Part shown: in pieces, positions 37,001-48,211 of the stretch
Position numbering within the stretch: position 1 is the first letter of the stretch
Layout of the letters: each line of letters starts with the position of its first letter
NCBI GenBank assembly: GCA_950097015.1
Contig: CATNEN010000038.1
Location: 19,902,001-19,966,000 of the forward strand
Length of the DNA: 64,000 nucleotides
DNA from: Macrostomum hystrix
Taxonomy: Eukaryota > Animalia > Platyhelminthes
Direction of reading: 5' to 3'
Made by a program: the position numbers and the translations under genes
The notes under the pieces: generated by a model
Databases searched by the model: none
What the model was told of the DNA's origin: nothing
What the model saw: only the letters and a program-made list of their open reading frames with translations

Positions 37001-40000
37001 ACCAATCAGGAATCTCAATTGGGTGTTCGATTGTATTTAACCAATCAGGAGCCTTGGGTCTTCGATTGTAATCGACCAATCAGGAACCTTGGGTGTTCGA
37101 TTGTAATCGACCAATCAGGAACCTTGGGTGTTCGATTGTAATCGACCAATCAGGAACCTTGGGTGTTCGATTGTAATCGACCAATCAGGAATCTCAATTG
37201 GGTGTTCGATTGTATTTAACCAATCAGGAGCCTTGGGTCTTCGATTGTAATCGACCAATCAGGAGCCTTGGGTGTTCGATTATAATCGACCAATCAGGAA
37301 CCTTGTTTGTTTGATTGTAATCGACCAATCAGGAACCTTGTTTGTTTGATTGTAATCGACCAATCAGGAGCCTTGCTTGTTTGATTGTAATCGACCAATC
37401 AGGAGCCTTGTTTGTTTGATTGTAATCGACCAATCAGGAGCCTTGTTTGTTTGATTTTAATCGACCAATCAGGAGCCTTGCTTGTTTGATTGTAATCGAC
37501 CAATCAGGAGCCTTGTTTGTTTGATTGTAATCGACCAATCAGGAGCCTTGTTTGTTTGATTGTAATCGACCAATCAGGAGCCTTCTTTGTTTGATTGTAA
37601 TCGACCAATCAGGAACCTTGTTTGTTTGATTGTAATCGACCAATCAGGAGCCTTGTTTGTTTGATTATAATCGACCAATCAGGAGCCTTGTTTGATTGAT
37701 TGTAATCGACCAATCAGGAGCCTTGCTTGTTTGATTGTAATCGACCAATCAGGAACCTTGTTTGTTTGATTGTAATCGACCAATCAGGAACCTTGTTTGT
37801 TTGATTGTAATCGACCAATCAGGAGCCTTGGGTGTTCGATTGTAATCGACCAATCAGGAGCCTTGCTTGTTTGATTGTAATCGACCAATCAGGAACCTTG
37901 TTTGTTTGATTGTAATCGACCAATCAGGAACCTTGTTTGTTTGATTGTAATCGACCAATCAGGAGCCTTGGGTGTTCGATTGTAATCGACCAATCAGGAG
38001 CCTTGGGTGTTCGATTGTAATCGACCAATCAGAAACCTTGGGTGATCGATTGTAATCGACCAATCAGGAACCTTGGGTGTTCGATTGTAATCGACCAATC
38101 AGGAACCTTGGGTGTTCGATTGTAATCGACCAATCAGGAACCTTGGGTGTTCGATTGTAATCGACCAATCAGGAACCTTGGGTGTTCGATTGTAATCGAC
38201 CAATCAGGAACCTTGGGTGTTCGATTGTAATCGACCAATCAGGAACCTTGGGTGTTCGATTGTAATCGACCAATCAGGAACCTTGGGTGTTCGATTGTAA
38301 TCGACCAATCAGGAATCTCAATTGGGTGTTCGATTGTATTTAACCAATCAGGAGCCTTGGGTCTTCGATTGTAATCGACCAATCAGGAGCCTTGGGTGTT
38401 CGATTATAATCGACCAATCAGGAACCTTGTTTGTTTGATTGTAATCGACCAATCAGGAACCTTGTTTGTTTGATTGTAATCGACCAATCAGGAGCCTTGT
38501 TTGTTTGATTGTAATCGACCAATCAGGAGCCTTCTTTGTTTGATTGTAATCGACCAATCAGGAACCTTGTTTGTTTGATTGTAATCGACCAATCAGGAGC
38601 CTTGTTTGTTTGATTGTAATCGACCAATCAGGAGCCTTGTTTGTTTGATTGTAATCGACCAATCAGGAGCCTTGTTTGTTTGATTGTAATCGACCAATCA
38701 GGAGCCTTGTTTGTTTGATTGTAATCGACCAATCAGGAGCCTTGTTTGTTTGATTGTAATCGACCAATCAGGAGCCTTGTTTGATTGATTTTAATCGACC
38801 AATCAGGAACCTTCTTTGTTTGATTGTAATCGACCAATCAGGAACCTTGCTTGTTTGATTGTAATCGACCAATCAGGAGCCTTGTTTGTTTGATTGTAAT
38901 CGACCAATCAGGAACCTTGTTTGTTTGATTGTAATCTACCAATCAGGAACCTTGTTTGTTTGATTGTAATCTACCAATCAGGAACCTTGTTTGTTTGATT
39001 GTAATCGACCAATCAGGAGCCTTGGATGTTCGATTGTAATCGACCAATCAGGAGCCTTGGGTGTTCGATTGTAATCGACCAATCAGAAACCTTGGGTGAT
39101 CGATTGTAATCGACCAATCAGGAACCTTGGGTGTTCGATTGTAATCGACCAATCAGGAATCTCAATTGGGTGTTCGATTGTATTTAACCAATCAGGAGCC
39201 TTGGGTCTTCGATTGTAATCGACCAATCAGGAACCTTGGGTGTTCGATTGTAATCGACCAATCAGGAACCTTGGGTGTTCGATTGTAATCGACCAATCAG
39301 GAACCTTGGGTGTTCGATTGTAATCGACCAATCAGGAATCTCAATTGGGTGTTCGATTGTATTTAACCAATCAGGAGCCTTGGGTCTTCGATTGTAATCG
39401 ACCAATCAGGAGCCTTGGGTGTTCGATTATAATCGACCAATCAGGAACCTTGTTTGTTTGATTGTAATCGACCAATCAGGAACCTTGTTTGTTTGATTGT
39501 AATCGACCAATCAGGAGCCTTGCTTGTTTGATTGTAATCGACCAATCAGGAGCCTTGTTTGTTTGATTGTAATCGACCAATCAGGAGCCTTGTTTGTTTG
39601 ATTTTAATCGACCAATCAGGAGCCTTGCTTGTTTGATTGTAATCGACCAATCAGGAGCCTTGTTTGTTTGATTGTAATCGACCAATCAGGAGCCTTGTTT
39701 GTTTGATTGTAATCGACCAATCAGGAGCCTTCTTTGTTTGATTGTAATCGACCAATCAGGAACCTTGTTTGTTTGATTGTAATCGACCAATCAGGAGCCT
39801 TGTTTGTTTGATTATAATCGACCAATCAGGAGCCTTGTTTGATTGATTGTAATCGACCAATCAGGAGCCTTGCTTGTTTGATTGTAATCGACCAATCAGG
39901 AGCCTTGTTTGTTTGATTGTAATCGACCAATCAGGAACCTTGTTTGTTTGATTGTAATCGACCAATCAGGAACCTTGTTTGTTTGATTGTAATCGACCAA

Positions 40001-43000
40001 TCAGGAGCCTTGGGTGTTCGATTGTAATCGACCAATCAGGAGCCTTGGGTGTTCGATTGTAATCGACCAATCAGAAACCTTGGGTGATCGATTGTAATCG
40101 ACCAATCAGGAACCTTGGGTGTTCGATTGTAATCGACCAATCAGGAACCTTGGGTGTTCGATTGTAATCGACCAATCAGGAACCTTGGGTGTTCGATTGT
40201 AATCGACCAATCAGGAACCTTGGGTGTTCGATTGTAATCGACCAATCAGGAACCTTGGGTGTTCGATTGTAATCGACCAATCAGGAATCTCAATTGGGTG
40301 TTCGATTGTATTTAACCAATCAGGAGCCTTGGGTCTTCGATTGTAATCGACCAATCAGGAGCCTTGGGTGTTCGATTATAATCGACCAATCAGGAACCTT
40401 GTTTGTTTGATTGTAATCGACCAATCAGGAACCTTGTTTGTTTGATTGTAATCGACCAATCAGGAGCCTTGTTTGTTTGATTGTAATCGACCAATCAGGA
40501 GCCTTCTTTGTTTGATTGTAATCGACCAATCAGGAACCTTGTTTGTTTGATTGTAATCGACCAATCAGGAGCCTTGTTTGTTTGATTGTAATCGACCAAT
40601 CAGGAGCCTTGTTTGTTTGATTGTAATCGACCAATCAGGAGCCTTGCTTGTTTGATTGTAATCGACCAATCAGGAGCCTTGTTTGTTTGATTGTAATCGA
40701 CCAATCAGGAGCCTTGTTTGTTTGATTGTAATCGACCAATCAGGAACCTTGGGTGTTCGATTGTAATCGACCAATCAGGAATCTCAATTGGGTGTTCGAT
40801 TGTATTTAACCAATCAGGAGCCTTGGGTCTTCGATTGTAATCGACCAATCAGGAACCTTGGGTGTTCGATTGTAATCGACCAATCAGGAACCTTGGGTGT
40901 TCGATTGTAATCGACCAATCAGGAACCTTGGGTGTTCGATTGTAATCGACCAATCAGGAATCTCAATTGGGTGTTCGATTGTATTTAACCAATCAGGAGC
41001 CTTGGGTCTTCGATTGTAATCGACCAATCAGGAGCCTTGGGTGTTCGATTATAATCGACCAATCAGGAACCTTGTTTGTTTGATTGTAATCGACCAATCA
41101 GGAACCTTGTTTGTTTGATTGTAATCGACCAATCAGGAGCCTTGCTTGTTTGATTGTAATCGACCAATCAGGAGCCTTGTTTGTTTGATTGTAATCGACC
41201 AATCAGGAGCCTTGTTTGTTTGATTTTAATCGACCAATCAGGAGCCTTGCTTGTTTGATTGTAATCGACCAATCAGGAGCCTTGTTTGTTTGATTGTAAT
41301 CGACCAAACAGGAGCCTTGTTTGTTTGATTGTAATCGACCAATCAGGAGCCTTCTTTGTTTGATTGTAATCGACCAATCAGGAACCTTGTTTGTTTGATT
41401 GTAATCGACCAATCAGGAGCCTTGTTTGTTTGATTATAATCGACCAATCAGGAGCCTTGTTTGATTGATTGTAATCGACCAATCAGGAGCCTTGCTTGTT
41501 TGATTGTAATCGACCAATCAGGAGCCTTGTTTGTTTGATTGTAATCGACCAATCAGGAACCTTGTTTGTTTGATTGTAATCGACCAATCAGGAACCTTGT
41601 TTGTTTGATTGTAATCGACCAATCAGGAGCCTTGGGTGTTCGATTGTAATCGACCAATCAGGAGCCTTGGGTGTTCGATTGTAATCGACCAATCAGAAAC
41701 CTTGGGTGATCGATTGTAATCGACCAATCAGGAACCTTGGGTGTTCGATTGTAATCGACCAATCAGGAACCTTGGGTGTTCGATTGTAATCGACCAATCA
41801 GGAACCTTGGGTGTTCGATTGTAATCGACCAATCAGGAACCTTGGGTGTTCGATTGTAATCGACCAATCAGGAACCGTGGGTGTTCGATTGTAATCGACC
41901 AATCAGGAATCTCAATTGGGTGTTCGATTGTATTTAACCAATCAGGAGCCTTGGGTCTTCGATTGTAATCGACCAATCAGGAGCCTTGGGTGTTCGATTA
42001 TAATCGACCAATCAGGAACCTTGTTTGTTTGATTGTAATCGACCAATCAGGAACCTTGTTTGTTTGATTGTAATCGACCAATCAGGAGCCTTGTTTGTTT
42101 GATTGTAATCGACCAATCAGGAGCCTTCTTTGTTTGATTGTAATCGACCAATCAGGAACCTTGTTTGTTTGATTGTAATCGACCAATCAGGAGCCTTGTT
42201 TGTTTGATTGTAATCGACCAATCAGGAGCCTTGTTTGTTTGATTGTAATCGACCAATCAGGAGCCTTGCTTGTTTGATTGTAATCGACCAATCAGGAGCC
42301 TTGTTTGTTTGATTGTAATCGACCAATCAGGAGCCTTGTTTGTTTGATTGTAATCGACCAATCAGGAGCCTTGTTTGATTGATTGTAATCGACCAATCAG
42401 GAACCTTGTTTGTTTGATTGTAATCGACCAATCAGGAGCCTTGCTTGTTTGATTGTAATCGACCAATCAGGAGCCTTGTTTGTTTGATTGTAATCGACCA
42501 ATCAGGAACCTTGTTTGTTTGATTGTAATCTACCAATCAGGAACCTTGTTTGTTTGATTGTAATCTACCAATCAGGAACCTTGTTTGTTTGATTGTAATC
42601 GACCAATCAGGAGCCTTGGATGTTCGATTGTAATCGACCAATCAGGAGCCTTGGGTGTTCGATTGTAATCGACCAATCAGAAACCTTGGGTGATCGATTG
42701 TAATCGACCAATCAGGAACCTTGGGTGTTCGATTGTAATCGACCAATCAGGAATCTCAATTGGGTGTTCGATTGTATTTAACCAATCAGGAGCCTTGGGT
42801 CTTCGATTGTAATCGACCAATCAGGAACCTTGGGTGTTCGATTGTAATCGACCAATCAGGAACCTTGGGTGTTCGATTGTAATCGACCAATCAGGAACCT
42901 TGGGTGTTCGATTGTAATCGACCAATCAGGAATCTCAATTGGGTGTTCGATTGTATTTAACCAATCAGGAGCCTTGGGTCTTCGATTGTAATCGACCAAT

Positions 43001-45225
43001 CAGGAGCCTTGGGTGTTCGATTATAATCGACCAATCAGGAACCTTGTTTGTTTGATTGTAATCGACCAATCAGGAACCTTGTTTGTTTGATTGTAATCGA
43101 CCAATCAGGAGCCTTGCTTGTTTGATTGTAATCGACCAATCAGGAGCCTTGTTTGTTTGATTGTAATCGACCAATCAGGAGCCTTGTTTGTTTGATTTTA
43201 ATCGACCAATCAGGAGCCTTGCTTGTTTGATTGTAATCGACCAATCAGGAGCCTTGTTTGTTTGATTGTAATCGACCAATCAGGAGCCTTGTTTGTTTGA
43301 TTGTAATCGACCAATCAGGAGCCTTCTTTGTTTGATTGTAATCGACCAATCAGGAACCTTGTTTGTTTGATTGTAATCGACCAATCAGGAGCCTTGTTTG
43401 TTTGATTATAATCGACCAATCAGGAGCCTTGTTTGATTGATTGTAATCGACCAATCAGGAGCCTTGCTTGTTTGATTGTAATCGACCAATCAGGAGCCTT
43501 GTTTGTTTGATTGTAATCGACCAATCAGGAACCTTGTTTGTTTGATTGTAATCGACCAATCAGGAACCTTGTTTGTTTGATTGTAATCGACCAATCAGGA
43601 GCCTTGGGTGTTCGATTGTAATCGACCAATCAGGAGCCTTGGGTGTTCGATTGTAATCGACCAATCAGAAACCTTGGGTGATCGATTGTAATCGACCAAT
43701 CAGGAACCTTGGGTGTTCGATTGTAATCGACCAATCAGGAACCTTGGGTGTTCGATTGTAATCGACCAATCAGGAACCTTGGGTGTTCGATTGTAATCGA
43801 CCAATCAGGAACCTTGGGTGTTCGATTGTAATCGACCAATCAGGAACCTTGGGTGTTCGATTGTAATCGACCAATCAGGAATCTCAATTGGGTGTTCGAT
43901 TGTATTTAACCAATCAGGAGCCTTGGGTCTTCGATTGTAATCGACCAATCAGGAGCCTTGGGTGTTCGATTATAATCGACCAATCAGGAACCTTGTTTGT
44001 TTGATTGTAATCGACCAATCAGGAACCTTGTTTGTTTGATTGTAATCGACCAATCAGGAGCCTTGTTTGTTTGATTGTAATCGACCAATCAGGAGCCTTC
44101 TTTGTTTGATTGTAATCGACCAATCAGGAACCTTGTTTGTTTGATTGTAATCGACCAATCAGGAGCCTTGTTTGTTTGATTGTAATCGACCAATCAGGAG
44201 CCTTGTTTGTTTGATTGTAATCGACCAATCAGGAGCCTTGCTTGTTTGATTGTAATCGACCAATCAGGAGCCTTGTTTGTTTGATTGTAATCGACCAATC
44301 AGGAGCCTTGTTTGTTTGATTGTAATCGACCAATCAGGAGCCTTGTTTGATTGATTGTAATCGACCAATCAGGAACCTTGTTTGTTTGATTGTAATCGAC
44401 CAATCAGGAACCTTGTTTGTTTGATTGTAATCGACCAATCAGGAGCCTTGCTTGTTTGATTGTAATCGACCAATCAGGAGCCTTGTTTGTTTGATTGTAA
44501 TCGACCAATCAGGAGCCTTGTTTGTTTGATTTTAATCGACCAATCAGGAGCCTTGCTTGTTTGATTGTAATCGACCAATCAGGAGCCTTGTTTGTTTGAT
44601 TGTAATCGACCAATCAGGAGCCTTGTTTGTTTGATTGTAATCGACCAATCAGGAGCCTTCTTTGTTTGATTGTAATCGACCAATCAGGAACCTTGTTTGT
44701 TTGATTGTAATCGACCAATCAGGAGCCTTGTTTGTTTGATTATAATCGACCAATCAGGAGCCTTGTTTGATTGATTGTAATCGACCAATCAGGAGCCTTG
44801 CTTGTTTGATTGTAATCGACCAATCAGGAGCCTTGTTTGTTTGATTGTAATCGACCAATCAGGAACCTTGTTTGTTTGATTGTAATCGACCAATCAGGAA
44901 CCTTGTTTGTTTGATTGTAATCGACCAATCAGGAGCCTTGGGTGTTCGATTGTAATCGACCAATCAGGAGCCTTGGGTGTTCGATTGTAATCGACCAATC
45001 AGAAACCTTGGGTGATCGATTGTAATCGACCAATCAGGAACCTTGGGTGTTCGATTGTAATCGACCAATCAGAAACCTTGGGTGATCGATTGTAATCGAC
45101 CAATCAGGAAACTTGCGTGTTTGATAGTAATCGACCAATCAGGAATCTCAATTGGGTGTTCGATTGTATTTAACCAATCAGGAAACTTTGGTGTCCGATT
45201 GCAATCCACCAATCGGGAATCTTTA
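34031..45225 (+). repeat. Composite repeat copy 2: ~175-bp leader plus ~11-kb 35-bp satellite (GATTGTAATCGACCAATCAGGARCCTTGKKTGTTY) with higher-order structure
   Basis: About 310 units from 34205. Diagnostic variants recur with a ~3.6-3.8 kb period. Confidence 0.97.
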
Positions 45226-45413
45226 GGTTTAGATGTCTGATTGATTAATCATAAAATTTTTGTTTTTGATTTGTATTCAGCGAAGCAGTAACCTTGAGTG
45301 CTTCAAGTGTAATTAGCCAATCAATAACCTCGATAACTTTATCGGGTACCAAGAGAGTTTTTGTGTGCAATAGTTTTTGCAAACCCCTCATGTCCTCACT
45401 AAAACTTTTTTAG

Positions 45414-46952
45414 GAGAATTTAACAGTGGACTGTACGCCAGCTGGTGTCATGACCAGCAGTTTGTTTCTGACGGTGGTCACGGCCCTCTTCAGTCTGGTA
45501 ATCATTCTTGGCCTGTTCGGAAATTCCCTGGTCATTCTGGTGGTTGTGGCCAATCGGCACATGCACAGCAACACTAACATTCTCATCACCTCTCTGGCTG
45601 TGGCGGACCTGCTCTTCATCACTCTGTGTGTGCCCTTCACGGCACTGTTTTATCGGTACACGTGGAAGTTTGGCCACTTCTGGTGCGTCATGTATCAGTT
45701 CTTCACATATGTACCTGTCTACAGCAGTGTTTACACCCTTGTTCTGATGAGCATTGACAGGTAAACCTCTATTGCTTAAATAGCAATAATAATAATAATA
45801 ATAATAAGCCTGCGAGCATTGACACATCATTTGGTCACACTAGACCTGCAGCCAGCGAGGAGGCAATTCAGCTCATTTCGCTGACTCCTGAGCACACACG
45901 CACACAGATACCGTATACTGATACGCTGGCACACGCTCACACAGCGGTGTAGATCTGCCCTGACTTTCTCATCTCACTGCGACTTGAAGGTTGCATGTAG
46001 GCATGCATGTACACTGACTGACTATGCACACTTTGAATTCAGATACCTGGCTGTGGTGCATCCCGTTCGCAGTATTGGCTGGCGAACAAAGGTCAACACA
46101 TTACTGGCAGTAGCTGCTACCTGGCTAGTCATCTCTGTGGCTCACGCGCCATACGCTTCGGGTGTTGGAGTGCTTACAATCCCCGTGCACAGCGTCTGCC
46201 CAAATGGCTGCTCCAAGAACTCAAACTGCAATGGCACTACTGAGATTGGCATCTGCTCTTACGTTGGCTTCTATTCAGATCCTCTGCTGGGTCGATTCAG
46301 CTTTAGTGGAAAGCTGTTCTACGCTGCTTTCAACGTCCTCGGGTACGTGCTACCGTTCGCGCTGATCATAACACTCTACGTGTTGCTAGTGAAGCGACTC
46401 CTATTCCACCGCTCGTCTCGCCTGCCTCAGTCAACAGAGGCTGTCAAATCGAAGCGTCGAGTCACTCGGATGGTTGTAACAGTTGTAGTTATATTTGGCA
46501 CCTGTTGGCTGCCAATACACGTCATCTTTGCATTGCAAAACTGGCACGGCGACTTAAAGGAAGCTTGGTTCCGCTACCTGCAGGTTGTGTCTCAGGTGCT
46601 AGCCTATATGAACAGCTGCATGAACCCCATTGTGTACGCGTTTGTATCGGAAAACTTTCGACAAGCATTCGCCAGCATTTTGGGCATCCGATTGAAACTG
46701 AAAAAGCGAGACGCGGTTAAAGGAAACCGACGTCGACCACTGCTTAAGAGGGCCGGTATTGAGCAGGAACATAGCTTTCCCCATGACATTCAACCAGAGT
46801 CTGAGCAGCACTTGCCGGCCGAGAGCGTAGCAGTGAAAAATGGCCAAATTGACGTGTCCTTTGGGGCTGGCTGTGCGGCAATAGAAATGGTGCCCCTATG
46901 CGGTACCCTTCAGTTAACAGCGCAGGTGCACTCAAGCGGCAGTCAAGACTGA
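45414..46952 (+). CDS. Rhodopsin-class neuropeptide GPCR, allatostatin-A / galanin receptor family; exons 45414-45760 and 46043-46952 (start unresolved)
   Basis: GLFGNSLVILVV, TNILITSLAVADLLF, SVYTLVLMSIDR|YLAVVHP (phase-2 intron within DRY), KSKRRVTRMVVTVVVIFGTCWLPIHV and QVLAYMNSCMNPIVYAFVSENFRQAF, all typical of AstA-type receptors. Confidence 0.92.
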
Positions 46953-47751
46953 CAGCTTTAGGGCTGTAACTGAGTCGTGAAACAAGTTTGCTTACTAAGT
47001 TTTTTTATTTCGATAATAGCTTCGTAGTTTGCGCTTGTGTAACAACAAAAGTCATGCGAATTTACAAGCTAACTTATACGAGCATAGATCGATATTTTTT
47101 AACTAGAAATAGGTTGTAAATATCCCAAATATGATAATTCGTAACTGAAAAAGTATGAAGAATTTCAAGATATCGTAAAATAACTGTAAACATATAAAAT
47201 TGGATTTTTTAATATTTTGATGACTTACTTCACTGCTTTTTAATAGCTTTCATTAGAAACAGTGCACACACACTTACACTACGCGTACTCTGTATGTCAC
47301 TCATCGACTGTATACTTGTTAAATTTCATGTCACTGGTTTTGAAAAAAGCAGCAAGTATATCAAACCAGTTTGTTGAAGCTGTATAACAAGCAAGAAGTG
47401 AATTGCAATGTCTATTTAACAAAGTAACAGCCCCGCTTAGGCGCGCAAAGAAAGTGAAAAAAAAACTGAGTTACAAAAATATTTTCCATCCATTTTGAAG
47501 AAGCCTTTCGAAAAATACCGTGGCAAAAAGCGCGCACTTGTTGGGTGAGAAAATCTACATTTTAGTCTAAAATTAATATAAAATTCATTATAGGCACATG
47601 ATCAAAGCTAGATTCTCTGTACTCGGAAAGAAAGTAAAATTTAAATTTTTTACTATAAAATGTAAAAAAGAAGGTATGAGTTTTTGAGAAAGGGTTTCAA
47701 ATCTGTGAAGACTTTGTGGGTCTAATTTAGATTACTGAATTTAAAGTCACT

Positions 47752-48141
47752 TAATAATAATAATAATTGACACTAGACCCAAGGGCCAGTGCAGGTGTTG
47801 TGTGTCAGGCACACTAGCAGGTGGGGACTGCACACCTAATGTACTCCCGGCTCTCTCGGACACCGGTTGACAGCCGCGTGTCAGCAATGGAATTTATTTT
47901 TTCCAAACATATCGGCAGCATCCAAACCCCACAGAATTGCCGCACAGAACAGAATTATTATTACCCAAAGAAATGTCGGTACTCATTTGCAGCTGAGTAG
48001 ACTGTGGGCACATCAGGGCAAAGCAGCTTGCCAAGGGCTGCACGAATAGTTCTAGACTAAGGTCTGGGAGTCGAACCCAGGACCATCTGATCCAGAGTCC
48101 GACACCTTACTGACTGAGCTATCCGCCCCGTCACAGCACTT
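47752..48141 (-). mobile_element. Apparently full-length tRNA-derived SINE between the convergent GPCR and WD40 genes
   Basis: On the minus strand: A box TAGCTCAGTCAG, B box GGTTCGACTCC, central cccttggcaag...agtctactcagctgcaaatgagtacc, and a (TTA)n tail at 47752-47766. Possible TSD AAGTCACT at 47744-47751 and 48142-48149. Confidence 0.7.
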
Positions 48142-48211
48142 AAGTCACTAAATTCACTTGCGACAGCTTGAAAAGTTAGATCCTGCACTTTAATTTTAAG
48201 TCCACTTTGGA

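Noticed and set aside
34205-45225. CRISPR array (35-37 bp repeats here and at 16828-23140)
   Set aside because: The units are head-to-tail with no unique spacers, there are no cas genes, and the context is eukaryotic with introns.
48061-48129. tRNA-Gln(CTG)-like gene on the minus strand
   Set aside because: A and B boxes are present, but the acceptor stem does not pair and the sequence continues into a SINE body and tail.
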